Below, piece after piece: positions 1 through 9,866 of a DNA stretch of 64,000 bases. The notes under the pieces are model-generated. The model was not told the DNA's origin. It worked only from the letters and a program-made list of their open reading frames with translations, and did not search any database. Both the position numbers and the translations under genes were made by a program. The stretch covers positions 87,108 through 151,107 of the IMG/VR virus record IMGVR_UViG_3300042516_004811; one strand, written 5' to 3'. Position 1 is the stretch's first letter; each line of letters opens with the position of its first letter. The stretch is from a virus.

Positions 1-1821
1 GACCGTCATGAATTCGAGCACCTCGAATGGGAAAGTCTTTCCCCTCTTCATTTTAGTCGGCCATTGACGCTCGTCACGGGCACCTCGGAAATGTCTAACA
101 TCGTAGACGTAATCACCGAGAGCCATTGGGTCTGGCTGCAGCGAGATACCGAATTCGGGCCACCTGGACCATACGGCAGAACCAAATGGTCTTAAATCTC
201 TGCTTGACATACTTGTACCCAATGGTGCGTGATGCTCAATCCATAGGGCACATCTGTACACAGTCCTGATTGTGTCAAGATATTTGGCGACCTCAATAGC
301 AATTGATTCCGATGTTCTCCCACCTGGGTCTAGGAATGCTTTGTATAGAGGTCCTATAACAAGGAGCTCTGGCCTCACCTCATCCAGTGCTTCTTCCAGT
401 ATTGCCCTATCTGCGGCCTTGAGTAGGTCCATTCCCGATGGCTTGGTCAGCAGGTGAGCGTCAAGTCTGGATGTGCGTGCCATTCCCATGGCTCTCTCCG
501 CTATTCCGCGAGATGTTCTACGAATAATTCTGTCTGGGTTTTCTAGGTCAACAGTAAGTGTTTTAATTCTTGGCATCGGCTGGAAAGAAAAAGGATGAAT
601 GCCGGCAGAACAAAGAATCCCAACTTGTCGTGCGAGCATTGTTTTACCAACACCCTCTGCGGCAACAACAATAACCCTTTCGGAACGCTCCAGCAGACCA
701 GGGATTACCCACTCATACTTTTCACCAGTTGTCTCCTGGAGGAAGTCATTCCAGTGAACGAGCCTTCCTGTGTCGAGAACGAAAGAAACAGTAGCCGTCG
801 AAAGAATTAGATTGCTCTTTAAAATCTTCTGCTTTATATCGATATCATCTCTTTGCAGAAGTTCTTGCAGCTTGTGTAATGCCTGCTCTTCTGGTGAAAG
901 TTCTTCTACCTCTATTACTTCATCTATGAGTGGGGTGGTGCTAGACGATTCTTCGCTAAAGCTTTCCATATACTCAAGGTCATCGATTCCTAGGCCGGCG
1001 GAAAGATGGTCCGTAATGTCTTTGTGCTTGGGTGTATACCAAACCTGCGCACTACACCCAGCGTTGGTTAATTCATCAAGCACCTGTTGTGCGTGCTTCT
1101 TGCCCGCTTCATCATTGTCAGCAATGATTTCTACTGTTGCCCCCGCTAGGGCTTCTGTGTGGATATCCATCCAGCTACCAGCACCATTAGGCATAGTGGT
1201 TGCGATAATCCCAACATCAATGAGGGTGTTGGCATCCTTCTCGCCCTCAACAACCCAGATAGGGAAGCCTTGCTGCTTTGCCGTCAATACTGCTGGGAGA
1301 TTATAAAGAGGTCGAGGTATGTCGCCAAGCGAGTACTCCCATCCACCAGCGCCATCAGGCTTCCTTTGCCTAAAGGTTTTCTTGCCATTCTCATCCACGT
1401 AGCGCAGTTTCTGAAAAAGTAAAACACCGTTCTCGTCCAGGTAGTCGTATGACTCAACAAACTTTGGTTTAGATTGCGGCAGGATATTCAGATTTTTTTC
1501 TGTTTTTTCTGGTTGCTTGAGAGTGCGGATTGGTGCTGGCGCTTTACTGCCGAATCTATCGATAGAAAAGCTTTCAGAACTCGGTGGCATAAGGTCTGCT
1601 GGTTTGAGACTAACAGCATCACAAATCTGCTCAAAGTTGCAGCCAGAACCACGGTGACAAGTTACAAGAACACGACCGTCGTTACCCTCAGAGATTGAAA
1701 GCGATGGGTTGTCGTCATCACTTCTGCAGGGGCAACTAGAAACCCAACCCTTGCCAGACTTTCTTACATTTTGAAGTCTGCTAAGGAAGTTCTCTGTTTG
1801 TTCTGATGGGTGATTACTCAT
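1..1821 (-). CDS. DNA primase-helicase (Zn-binding + TOPRIM + RecA-like/AAA_25 helicase), 3' end outside window
   Basis: Not in the ORF track because it has no stop in the window. Manual translation from ATG 1821 gives MSNHPSEQ...CPCRSDDDNPSLS...CHRGSGC (Zn finger), WVVEGEKDA...IIADNDEAG (TOPRIM), VAAEGVGKT (Walker A), DLEN and IEHH...GS motifs. Confidence 0.9.
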   Translation of the reverse strand, partial: MSNHPSEQTENFLSRLQNVRKSGKGWVSSCPCRSDDDNPSLSISEGNDGRVLVTCHRGSGCNFEQICDAVSLKPADLMPPSSESFSIDRFGSKAPAPIRTLKQPEKTEKNLNILPQSKPKFVESYDYLDENGVLLFQKLRYVDENGKKTFRQRKPDGAGGWEYSLGDIPRPLYNLPAVLTAKQQGFPIWVVEGEKDANTLIDVGIIATTMPNGAGSWMDIHTEALAGATVEIIADNDEAGKKHAQQVLDELTNAGCSAQVWYTPKHKDITDHLSAGLGIDDLEYMESFSEESSSTTPLIDEVIEVEELSPEEQALHKLQELLQRDDIDIKQKILKSNLILSTATVSFVLDTGRLVHWNDFLQETTGEKYEWVIPGLLERSERVIVVAAEGVGKTMLARQVGILCSAGIHPFSFQPMPRIKTLTVDLENPDRIIRRTSRGIAERAMGMARTSRLDAHLLTKPSGMDLLKAADRAILEEALDEVRPELLVIGPLYKAFLDPGGRTSESIAIEVAKYLDTIRTVYRCALWIEHHAPLGTSMSSRDLRPFGSAVWSRWPEFGISLQPDPMALGDYVYDVRHFRGARDERQWPTKMKRGKTFPFEVLEFMTV

Positions 1822-2182
1822 CCCTCAAGGCCACCTGTTCACGCGAGACCATGATAAAGGGCTCACGAGGAACCATTTGAATTTTGAGAAGTCGTCTAAT
1901 GGCGTTCCGTTCACGCTCAGTCTTTCCTCCCCATATTCCATGCCCCTCATGATATAACGCATAACTGAGGCATTCAAGTTTTTTGATACAGCCGAGACAA
2001 ATCCTCTTCGCCGCTTTCCCATCCTCAATAGCCTTTTTGTAATTCTCTGAGTAGTTGCCTTCATCACTACGAGATGCGTGCGGATACCACATTCTTGGGT
2101 CATGACCCTTGCATGCGCCATCTCGCGGGGGCTCATCGATTCTTGTAATCCTGTTTATTCCGTGGATTACTTCTTCGTACAT
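1814..2182 (-). CDS. whiB: WhiB-family transcription factor
   Basis: C...CxxC-x5-C plus GIWGG followed by ERER, the WhiB signature. Confidence 0.92.
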   Translation of the reverse strand: MYEEVIHGINRITRIDEPPRDGACKGHDPRMWYPHASRSDEGNYSENYKKAIEDGKAAKRICLGCIKKLECLSYALYHEGHGIWGGKTERERNAIRRLLKIQMVPREPFIMVSREQVALRDE

Positions 2183-2218
2183 TGCCCCTCCATGTTCAGT
2201 TCAACCTGTTTGTGAATG

Positions 2219-2629
2219 CTACCTGCTGTCAACAATCCTTGCTACATCTCGTGCAGATAAGTAAATAGTTGCGCTCCTGATAATCAGTTCGCCAGCAATA
2301 TCTTCTGAGGCAATATCTACAGCATCAAGTGGGACACCGAGTCTCTGTGCTATTGCGGCTCTCGATGATTCTATTTTTAATTCTTGGTCGGCAAGATTTG
2401 GCTCGTAGGCAACAAGTATCCCAGGGCGTGAAAGCGCCTTTATCTCTTGTTCTTTTTGTTCAGCCTTGGGACACCACGTGCACGCAAGTTCTGGCGTTGA
2501 AGCCGCACGTTTGCGCTCCTCGACGTGACCACAGGAGAGAAAGTGTCTGTAGATGACGTTACCCCAAGAACCAGCTCTCTCAATTTTTGTGACAGACCGT
2601 CTTGGAGCTTTTCTTCGCTCCGTGGTCAT
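2219..2629 (-). CDS. hypothetical protein (CGH...CxxC, possibly metal-binding)
   Basis: 136-aa ORF co-oriented with whiB. Confidence 0.7.
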   Translation of the reverse strand: MTTERRKAPRRSVTKIERAGSWGNVIYRHFLSCGHVEERKRAASTPELACTWCPKAEQKEQEIKALSRPGILVAYEPNLADQELKIESSRAAIAQRLGVPLDAVDIASEDIAGELIIRSATIYLSARDVARIVDSR

Positions 2630-2637
2630 GTATTTTT

Positions 2638-2943
2638 TTAGCGACCGAAGAGTCGGCTAAACAGTGAGCGCTTTTTTGCTGGCTTCGCTGGGGTGGTTTG
2701 TTCAATCATCTTATTTTGAATGATGTTATTTTGAATGATTGGCTTGCTGTGTGTCACGGGAGCAATGGAAGCCTCAAAAGAAACGTTTTCCACCGTCTTG
2801 GGGGTTGCTGAAGTTTTGGATGCTGCAGCCTTCTTTGCCGGAGCAGCCTTCTTTGCCGGAGCAGCCTTCTTTACTGGGGCTTTTTTCTGTGCAGCTTTCT
2901 TTGGGGCTGCTGTCTTTTTTGCTGGTTTTTTGTCATTGGCCAT
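2638..2943 (-). CDS. Lys/Ala/Pro-rich histone-H1-like protein
   Basis: PAKKAA repeats. ATG 2943 chosen because TAGTAT lies 7 nt upstream (leaderless). Confidence 0.7.
   Translation of the reverse strand: MANDKKPAKKTAAPKKAAQKKAPVKKAAPAKKAAPAKKAAASKTSATPKTVENVSFEASIAPVTHSKPIIQNNIIQNKMIEQTTPAKPAKKRSLFSRLFGR
2825..2872. repeat. 18-bp tandem repeat (GCAGCCTTCTTTGCCGGA, ~2.7 copies)
   Basis: Directly visible. Encodes PAKKAA units. Confidence 0.9.
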
Positions 2944-3039
2944 GCCGGAAATACTAATACACAAGAGTGCTGTTGTCTGCAAATATTCGTCGATTAAGTA
3001 TTTACGGAAAAATTTTAAAAGGGGATTTAGTATCTTTCT

Positions 3040-3681
3040 GTGCAGGAGTACGTCAGTGAAATAAGTAAGATGGCCCTCGCCCTAACATCTGGACAGATGG
3101 CCAAGGATGAGGCTGTCAAGGAACACGGTGTTGGCGAGGAGCTGGCTGTCCATTTTTTAGGATGGGTGGGAGACAGTTTGGGGCTGATTTGCCAGATGGG
3201 AGAATCCCTCTCCAAGAGCGACAAAGAGGACCGATTTGCCGCGTCCATGAACCTATGTAGCATCCTTAGGCAGTATTGGTGGATTACGGCGATAACCATG
3301 GTTTCTGAGGGCTACTGCTCCCTGGACAGGGCGGCCACTGGGGACACCGACCTTGCCGAGGCCTTCGTGGACCCAACAAAACCAGTCATGGAGTGCCTCA
3401 CCGTCATGCACGCCGGACTAGATGATGGTGGAAGGATTAGTCCAGTGTCAATGGTTGCCGCACCATACAGGATGGGTGTTGGGAAAAACGTAATGTGGAA
3501 CGACATTTTGGTTTATCCAGAAAAGGCCGACTCCCACATCAAGAACGCCAAATACCCAACCATGATTCGCAGGTCACTCATGGTGCAGCCAGTAGAAGAG
3601 GTTACGTCGGCCCACTTGGTGCAAGTCAGGGATGAAATAAATGAAATCGGCTTTCTAATGCAAGAATTTTTTGACGTATAA
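3040..3681 (+). CDS. hypothetical protein
   Basis: 213-aa ORF. TAGTAT lies 6 nt before the GTG. Confidence 0.75.
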   Translation: MQEYVSEISKMALALTSGQMAKDEAVKEHGVGEELAVHFLGWVGDSLGLICQMGESLSKSDKEDRFAASMNLCSILRQYWWITAITMVSEGYCSLDRAATGDTDLAEAFVDPTKPVMECLTVMHAGLDDGGRISPVSMVAAPYRMGVGKNVMWNDILVYPEKADSHIKNAKYPTMIRRSLMVQPVEEVTSAHLVQVRDEINEIGFLMQEFFDV

Positions 3682-3691
3682 TTTATTGACT

Positions 3692-4018
3692 ATGGGAGCA
3701 TTCTACGATAGCCCTGCCTTTGGGGGGGAGGAATCCGAGTCTGGGGAGATTCATGGCATCCCGTATTTGAGGGCGGCTAGGAAGCCATGTCTTGTTTGTG
3801 GTCACCCAACTGGTGACTGCACCGGGGATTCTGGTCCGCCAGAAACTATTTGGGGGTTCAATACAAATTCAACCCTGGATAAAAAACTGACTTTTTATGT
3901 TGAAGAAGATTATTACGAAGAGCGTCAAATTGCGCCCGGTTTAGTGACGCGGATACTTATCCACAAGAAGGGGAAACACATACCCCTTGAGGAAGCAAAA
4001 AATCTAGGACTCATTTAA
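3692..4018 (+). CDS. hypothetical protein (CxxCGH...C)
   Basis: ORF track starts at 3671. First in-frame ATG is at 3692, after an AT-rich -10-like element. Confidence 0.7.
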   Translation: MGAFYDSPAFGGEESESGEIHGIPYLRAARKPCLVCGHPTGDCTGDSGPPETIWGFNTNSTLDKKLTFYVEEDYYEERQIAPGLVTRILIHKKGKHIPLEEAKNLGLI

Positions 4019-4109
4019 AAATTACTATAGTCCCTCGACTTTTTCACTATTCATTCTTGCGCTACACTCGGTGTTCCACTGTTGAACACCTAGCAAGCGA
4101 AAGATAAAA

Positions 4110-6035
4110 ATGAGCGTAATTAGCGACGAATTTGTAAACACCTATAACGGCAAGCCAATACCTTGGGGTTTTAATGGCATGGGGGAGATTGTTTTTCTCC
4201 GTACGTATAGCCGCACCAAAGAAGATGGAACACTCGAAACCTGGGCTGACACAATCCAGCGCGTTATAAATGGCGCAATTGAAATTGGAGTCCCCTACAC
4301 ACAAAAAGAAGCTGAAGAACTTTTTGACCACATGTACAACCTTCGTTGCTCAATGAGCGGACGAGCATTGTGGCAACTTGGAACACCTATGGTTAAGAAG
4401 TTTGGTGGAGCATCGCTCAATAACTGTTATTTCGTAAACGTTGAAACAATCGAGGATTTTGAGTTCTTGTTTGACATGCTCATGCTTGGCGGTGGTGTTG
4501 GATTCTCTGTTGAGCGCTCCAAGATTCATGACCTGCCAAAAATCAAGACAGGTGTAACGATTACGCATGAACGCACTAATGATGCGGACATCATTGTTCC
4601 GGACTCACGAACCGGTTGGCGTCGCCTTCTTCACGGCGTACTAAAGTCATACTTTGACACCGGTAAGTCATTCTCATACTCCACGATTCTGGTTCGCGAA
4701 TTTGGAGCACCACTCAAAACGTTTGGTGGAACTGCCAGCGGACCTGGCGCGCTCATTGATGGAATAGCAGATATCTGTAAAGTGCTAGACAACCGTGTTG
4801 GCAAGAAACTTCGCTCTGTTGACGTGCTAGATATTTGCAACATCATCGGGCGCATTGTTGTCTCTGGTTCATCTCGCCGCTCGGCTCAGATTTCAATGGG
4901 TGACCCAGATGACGTTTTGTTTCTCCGAGCCAAAAACTGGGCGTCTGGTTCCATTCCGGCATGGAGAGCAAACAGCAACAACTCCCTCTACGCGGATGGC
5001 TGGAATGAAATCCCCTCCGAGCTATGGAAGGGTTATGACGGTTCTGGTGAACCATACGGTTTGGTAAACAGAAAACTTGCTCGCACGTATGGACGTCTTG
5101 GAGAGAAGCGTCCAGACCCAACAATCGAGGGCTTCAACCCTTGTGCCGAAATTGCCCTTGGGGACGGCGAGTCGTGCAATCTAGCAACGGTTTTCCTTCC
5201 GAATATCACATCAGAGAAGCAGTTGCACAGCATTGCTCGTTTGCTTTACATGACACAGAAGCACATCACGCGTCTGCCCTATCCATATGAGAAGACAACT
5301 TCGATTGTTCGTCAGAACGCTCGTCTTGGGCAGAGCATCACTGGAGTTCTTCAGTCAACGGAGAAGCAGTTGTCATGGCTCGACGGCACTTATCAATATT
5401 TGCGCGATATCGATAAGGAATATTCAGCAAAGAATGGTTTCCCTGAGTCAGTCAGAATAACGACGGTTCAGCCATCCGGCACACTTTCTCTGCTGCCTGG
5501 GGTTACTCCTGGAATTCACCCAGCTTTCGCTAGTCACTACATTCGTCGTGTTCGGTTCGGTGCCTCTGACCCATTGGTTGAGGCATGCCGCAAGCGTGGA
5601 TACAAGGTTCAGTGGGACGTCGGCCTTGATGGGCGTGAGGACCATACGCGTTTCGTTGTTGAATTCCCTTGCATGTCACCAGAGGGTTCAGTTCTCGCAA
5701 AAGATATGACAGCAATCGAGCAGCTTGAGTGGGTTAAGAAAATGCAGACACAGTGGGCAGATAATGCAGTTTCTGTGACTGTTTATTACCGTAAAGAAGA
5801 GCTTGATGACATCAAGTCATGGTTGAGCCAGAACTATGACAAAGGCGTAAAATCTGTTTCGTTCCTCTTGCATAGTGACCACAACTTTGCCCTACCTCCA
5901 TATGAGGAAATTACGGAAGAGCAATACACGAAGACTGTTTCGAAGATTAATTTCGACCTACCTTTGGTCCAGAGCAAGTTTGACGCAGAGTTCGATTTAG
6001 AGAATTGCGCAACTGGAGCCTGCCCGGTAAAGTGA
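4110..6035 (+). CDS. nrdJ: class II (adenosylcobalamin-dependent) ribonucleotide reductase
   Basis: RTYSR, LNNC, GGGVG, FNPCAEI, TVQPSGT and C-terminal CATGACPVK redox pair. Confidence 0.95.
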   Translation: MSVISDEFVNTYNGKPIPWGFNGMGEIVFLRTYSRTKEDGTLETWADTIQRVINGAIEIGVPYTQKEAEELFDHMYNLRCSMSGRALWQLGTPMVKKFGGASLNNCYFVNVETIEDFEFLFDMLMLGGGVGFSVERSKIHDLPKIKTGVTITHERTNDADIIVPDSRTGWRRLLHGVLKSYFDTGKSFSYSTILVREFGAPLKTFGGTASGPGALIDGIADICKVLDNRVGKKLRSVDVLDICNIIGRIVVSGSSRRSAQISMGDPDDVLFLRAKNWASGSIPAWRANSNNSLYADGWNEIPSELWKGYDGSGEPYGLVNRKLARTYGRLGEKRPDPTIEGFNPCAEIALGDGESCNLATVFLPNITSEKQLHSIARLLYMTQKHITRLPYPYEKTTSIVRQNARLGQSITGVLQSTEKQLSWLDGTYQYLRDIDKEYSAKNGFPESVRITTVQPSGTLSLLPGVTPGIHPAFASHYIRRVRFGASDPLVEACRKRGYKVQWDVGLDGREDHTRFVVEFPCMSPEGSVLAKDMTAIEQLEWVKKMQTQWADNAVSVTVYYRKEELDDIKSWLSQNYDKGVKSVSFLLHSDHNFALPPYEEITEEQYTKTVSKINFDLPLVQSKFDAEFDLENCATGACPVK

Positions 6036-6041
6036 TTGTAA

Positions 6042-6078
6042 GTGGCCACCCCGAAAAGTACGAACTCGGGGTGGCCAC
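6042..6078. other. 13-bp perfect hairpin between nrdJ and the tRNA cluster
   Basis: GTGGCCACCCCGA-N11-TCGGGGTGGCCAC, with no U-tract on either side. Confidence 0.75.
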
Positions 6079-6086
6079 CAACAAAT

Positions 6087-6162
6087 GCGTCGGTGGCCAA
6101 ATGGATAAGGCAACAGACTTCTAATCTGTCGATTGCAGGTTCGAGTCCTGCCCGACGCGCCA
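6087..6162 (+). tRNA. tRNA-Arg(UCU)
   Basis: Acceptor GCGTCGG/CCGACGC, anticodon arm ACAGA-CTTCTAA-TCTGT, GGTTCGAGTCC, encoded CCA. Confidence 0.95.
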
Positions 6163-6197
6163 TTTTGACAGCGTGGGGTGCGTAGCCCAGCAGCAGG

Positions 6198-6278
6198 GGG
6201 CTAGTGGTGGAATGGCATACACGGAGGACTTAAAATCCTCTCCCGAAAGGGATGCGGGTTCAAATCCCGCCTAGCCCA
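6198..6278 (+). tRNA. tRNA-Leu(UAA)
   Basis: Acceptor GGGCTAG/CTAGCCC, GAGGA-CTTAAAA-TCCTC, long variable arm, GGTTCAAATCC. CCA is not fully encoded. Confidence 0.93.
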
Positions 6279-6297
6279 CAAGGTAGTATTCAATCAT

Positions 6298-6373
6298 TGG
6301 CGAGTAGCTCAGTTGGCAGAGCGGAGGACTGTTAATCCTTTGGTCGCAGGTTCGAGCCCTGCCTCGCCAGCCA
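6298..6373 (+). tRNA. tRNA-Asn(GUU)
   Basis: Acceptor TGGCGAG/CTCGCCA, GAGGA-CTGTTAA-TCCTT, GGTTCGAGCCC, encoded CCA. Confidence 0.95.
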
Positions 6374-6405
6374 AATAAATACCGTATAAGGTGTACAATG
6401 TTCGG

Positions 6406-6768
6406 ATGGCTGAATTCGAACCAACAGAGAGACTTGGTGACTTTAAGGATATATTGTCCCGGTTCCAGTCTGGTTTTCCCGCAATAATAGATTGCGAGCA
6501 TGGGTGGAATGAAATTATCGCCAACTGCCATCAGGAGTTAAAAACAATAGATGACGAGTATACGATTGCCCAGATTAAAGAGAAATTTGGAACACTCAGG
6601 TATTACTTTTCTTCTAGTAACCCATCTCTTTACAAGCAGATGTGTGGGGTTGTTTCTAAATATGAAAAGATGTCTTCTTCGACATGCGAGCTCTGTGGTT
6701 CTCCTGGGGCAACCAGGAACTCTGGCTACATCAAGACGCTATGTAATGAGCACGCGAAAACTAATTAG
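6406..6768 (+). CDS. conserved hypothetical phage protein (QIKEKFGxLRyY ... CxxCG ... LC)
   Basis: Recurrent phage motif. TACAAT (6394-6399) lies 6 nt before ATG 6406. Confidence 0.8.
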   Translation: MAEFEPTERLGDFKDILSRFQSGFPAIIDCEHGWNEIIANCHQELKTIDDEYTIAQIKEKFGTLRYYFSSSNPSLYKQMCGVVSKYEKMSSSTCELCGSPGATRNSGYIKTLCNEHAKTN

Positions 6769-7589
6769 CGCTTAGCTTTTCTCGCTTTAGCCATTTGTCG
6801 TGACGCCCTGTTCATTCTGGCCATGACGGATTCGTCACCAGCAAACATTCGGTCGCCTTTCATAAAAGATGGGGAAAGCATCAACATTGCTTTCCTGGTC
6901 TCATCGCGAAGTGTGGTTACCGATTCGTCTGTAACTAGCTCTTCCGGGGTATAGAGTTCACTAATTACACCAATACCGGTGAGGTCCGTATCATGAATAC
7001 TGTGGTCAGCCGATTTTCTTTGTGTCGAGCTAAATATTGACAAACTAAATTCTTCGGGATTTTCTGACTTCTTCTTAACCTTACTATAACGCTCAAGAAG
7101 TCTTCTCCCCTTTGCTGCAAGCTTTGCTGCATCTTCCATATTTTTGGGTACTGGTTCACCCCATGCTGCGGCAGAGAGCGCAAGCCTTGTAGCTCTACCT
7201 TTTTCGTCAACCATTGGCCCGGATGGATTCGTGAAGAAGCGTGTTAGGAAGGAGCCCTTCCTTCTCATCTTTTCTGGAGTATTTGCTGGCCCCATTACTC
7301 CGGGTTTTAGGTTTGCCCCTTCTTTGCGCTTGAAGTAGGCGCGCCCAGCAGCAGTGAGACCACCCTTGGGGTCTTTGAGTCTTTTCTTGGCTGCCTTGCC
7401 TTCAATGCAGTCATTTAAGATTTTCCCACCGTAGTATTCATCGAATATCGGCATCATTGAATCGCTCTTTAGTTCGACTATTGACTGCTCAGCAATTAGG
7501 GCAAGTTCTTCTTCGACGTCTATGGCGTCAGAAATATTAAGAAGCTGCTCAAAGAGGGAGTCAAGATTCTCGTTATTGGTTTCATCCAT
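6765..7589 (-). CDS. DUF6321-like phage protein
   Basis: KDPKGGLTAAGRAYF...SFLTRF...RLALSAAAWG motif, directly downstream of the capsid gene. Confidence 0.7.
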   Translation of the reverse strand: MDETNNENLDSLFEQLLNISDAIDVEEELALIAEQSIVELKSDSMMPIFDEYYGGKILNDCIEGKAAKKRLKDPKGGLTAAGRAYFKRKEGANLKPGVMGPANTPEKMRRKGSFLTRFFTNPSGPMVDEKGRATRLALSAAAWGEPVPKNMEDAAKLAAKGRRLLERYSKVKKKSENPEEFSLSIFSSTQRKSADHSIHDTDLTGIGVISELYTPEELVTDESVTTLRDETRKAMLMLSPSFMKGDRMFAGDESVMARMNRASRQMAKARKAKR

Positions 7590-7625
7590 ATAGCTACATT
7601 ATCCCATGAAAGTTGTTTGTAGATA

Positions 7626-7669
7626 GAAAAGAACCCTGGGGTTCCGGTTTCCCGTTGCCCCAGGGTTCT
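7626..7669 (-). terminator. intrinsic terminator after the major capsid gene
   Basis: AGAACCCTGGGG/CCCCAGGGTTCT stem followed by a T-run on the minus strand. Confidence 0.85.
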
Positions 7670-7697
7670 CTCTTGCGTTGCTACGCGTTGGTCGTTA

Positions 7698-9059
7698 TCA
7701 GACAGGTGCGCTGTCGAATGACACCTTCACGAAGGCCTCTGGACGCTTCACCGCTAGGGCTAGGCGCTGCTCGGCCAAGATGACGATGGCGTTGCGTACG
7801 AAGAAGTCTGAGTGCTGTTCCGAAATACGGATGCTGGCTTCCTCGCGGTCGTACAACTGAGCGCCGGTACCGAAGGCACCAACAAGAGCAGTGCCCTCAT
7901 CGATGGCTGGGGTGTCCACCAGCGGCATGCGCCAGACCTTTGGCTCACCACCCATCGCAACCGAAACTGCGATTAGGTACTGACCCTGCTCGTCCTTCGT
8001 CAGTTCGATGTCTTCCCAGTCGTTCGGGTGTAGAACAACACCGCTTGGCTCGTAGTAAGCCAGGAACGAGAGGGTAGCAGCACGACGAATTGCGTCAGCC
8101 TTGGTGTCAGCAACTGGAGCGGTTTCTCCATCTGACCATGCGTATTCCTGAATGTTTGGTGTGTTGAGCACGCCGAGAAGGTTCTCGCCGGTTCCGTCAC
8201 CGTTCAGAATCTGGTTGTCTTCGAGGAGACGCAGACCGTACATTAGCTCGTTGTCGATGATTGAGCGCAGCTGTGGCTCATCGGCAAGAACGTTGCGGTG
8301 TGCTGCTTCCCAGTGTGCGAGTGTGCGCACTGGAGCCTGCTCGCCAACGAAAGCGAATGACGACTGTGGCTTGATGCCGAAGGTCGCGCTCGCTGCGCCG
8401 GTTCCACGCTCTGCAACTGTCGCAGCGTTGTTTACGCCATGACCAGCCTCAAGTGTGGTGAACCCGAGCTGACGGAAGTACTCGATAACCGCTGCGTTTG
8501 TGCGACGGACCGGGAAAAGGTCACGAACGCGCTTGGTACGCATTGGAGGAGTAACGATTGCGTCACGCTGAACTGAACCAAGGCCAGTGGTGATGTCACC
8601 GCTTGGCATACCTGAGAAGACGTCCTTGACGTTGTAACCACCTGAGAAGCTGGTGAGGGAAGCCTTCACCTGCCATGGAGCGGCCATGTTTGCGCCATTA
8701 CGTCCACCGTTGAGGGCCTTGAACTCAGCTGACTCAAGGAACATCTGGCCGATGCTCTTGATTTCACGTGATGTCAACTGGGTGAGGTCAGCGGCAGCAG
8801 CAGCATAGGCTGAAGAAACCGAGTCACCTGCTGGCTGATTTGACCAGCTGTCAACGTTTTCGATGGTCTGAAGGTCCGAAAGAAGCGACTTGATTTCTTT
8901 GATGTCGCGCATGTTCTTGTCGAACGCTGTCTTCTGGTCTGAGGAGACGACTACTGTGCCGTCCTCAACGCGGAACGAGTCGGCAATTGCCTTATTCTCG
9001 TCCATTTTGGTTCTTAGAGCTGACTGGAGCTCTGAGATGCGGGCTTTGTCTTCCGACAT
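7698..9059 (-). CDS. HK97-fold major capsid protein
   Basis: N-terminal coiled delta domain, VRTLAHW, NQILNGDGTGENLLG, VLHPNDW, FVRNAIVILAEQRLALAVKRPEAFV. Confidence 0.96.
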   Translation of the reverse strand: MSEDKARISELQSALRTKMDENKAIADSFRVEDGTVVVSSDQKTAFDKNMRDIKEIKSLLSDLQTIENVDSWSNQPAGDSVSSAYAAAAADLTQLTSREIKSIGQMFLESAEFKALNGGRNGANMAAPWQVKASLTSFSGGYNVKDVFSGMPSGDITTGLGSVQRDAIVTPPMRTKRVRDLFPVRRTNAAVIEYFRQLGFTTLEAGHGVNNAATVAERGTGAASATFGIKPQSSFAFVGEQAPVRTLAHWEAAHRNVLADEPQLRSIIDNELMYGLRLLEDNQILNGDGTGENLLGVLNTPNIQEYAWSDGETAPVADTKADAIRRAATLSFLAYYEPSGVVLHPNDWEDIELTKDEQGQYLIAVSVAMGGEPKVWRMPLVDTPAIDEGTALVGAFGTGAQLYDREEASIRISEQHSDFFVRNAIVILAEQRLALAVKRPEAFVKVSFDSAPV

Positions 9060-9225
9060 TGTGTTTACCTCTTATTGAAGTTGAAGGGTTGGATTAATTG
9101 CTTTTCAGCGGATGGCTTAGGTAAGCACCCAGCCCTGCTAATAATCAAAAATAACAGATGATTGACATCATTTAGTGGAACTAATTATGTTTTGCCATTA
9201 AAGTGTGTAAATAGTTTTTTTACTG

Positions 9226-9864
9226 CTACTTGTGCCTTAGTTCTTCAGGGATGCTTGACTTGCGTTTTACGGGCTTATTTCCTCGTTCTGAAAGAACAAC
9301 CCGAACTGCTTCCCTGGTTTCATTGTCTCTTCTTTTGGAGATATTTCGTCTACCAAGGGCCGTTGAGCCAGCCCTGTTTGCATAATCCGTCATGTTGCTG
9401 CACGGCATCCATACCGAGCGTCCATTTTTGCTGACCCGCCTACTAATGCCGATGCACCCAAGCTGTCTTGAACGAGCCCTAGCTGACTCTGGGTCCATAA
9501 ATACATCCATGTCTGTCTCGCGGATATATTCTGGGCCGACTGATTTGCCACCAAAAGAAGTTGCCGACACGAGTCCACCGCCAGGGAGTGTAGCTATGCC
9601 CATTATTGGGGCTTCGCGGAGGTTCTCCCAATCACTTCTTTTCTTTTTCCTCTTACCCATCTCGCGTTTTTTCTTAGGGCTGTAACCGGGGACAACTGTT
9701 CTCCATTTCGATGTTTCCGCAATATTGGAGATTCTCTCCATTTCTTCCATTGTCTCGCATGGCATCCAGTTTCCGTCTGCGGAAAGATGCGCACCAGTGC
9801 AGCCAATTTCTCTGGCCATTGCAAGTGCCTGAACTTTATCGACTAATTTCTTTTCGCGTGCCAT
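9226..9864 (-). CDS. protein with two DUF3721-like (GCxG...WMPC) repeats
   Basis: AREIGCTGAH...WMPC and SRQLGCIG...WMPC. Confidence 0.75.
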   Translation of the reverse strand: MAREKKLVDKVQALAMAREIGCTGAHLSADGNWMPCETMEEMERISNIAETSKWRTVVPGYSPKKKREMGKRKKKRSDWENLREAPIMGIATLPGGGLVSATSFGGKSVGPEYIRETDMDVFMDPESARARSRQLGCIGISRRVSKNGRSVWMPCSNMTDYANRAGSTALGRRNISKRRDNETREAVRVVLSERGNKPVKRKSSIPEELRHK

Positions 9865-9866
9865 GA

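Noticed and set aside
272-1698. Plus-strand ORFs listed in the track over 272-1698, and similar antisense ORFs such as 23617-24708 and 20717-21391
   Set aside because: Shadows of long, motif-bearing genes on the opposite strand.
4110-6035. Intein or intron in nrdJ, terminase or helicase
   Set aside because: nrdJ and terL have normal lengths and continuous motifs. Insertions in the helicase show no intein splice-junction or LAGLIDADG motifs that I could recognise.
6042-6078. Hairpin as a classic intrinsic terminator
   Set aside because: No U-tract, so it is reported only as a hairpin. It may be a processing or stability element for the tRNA transcript.
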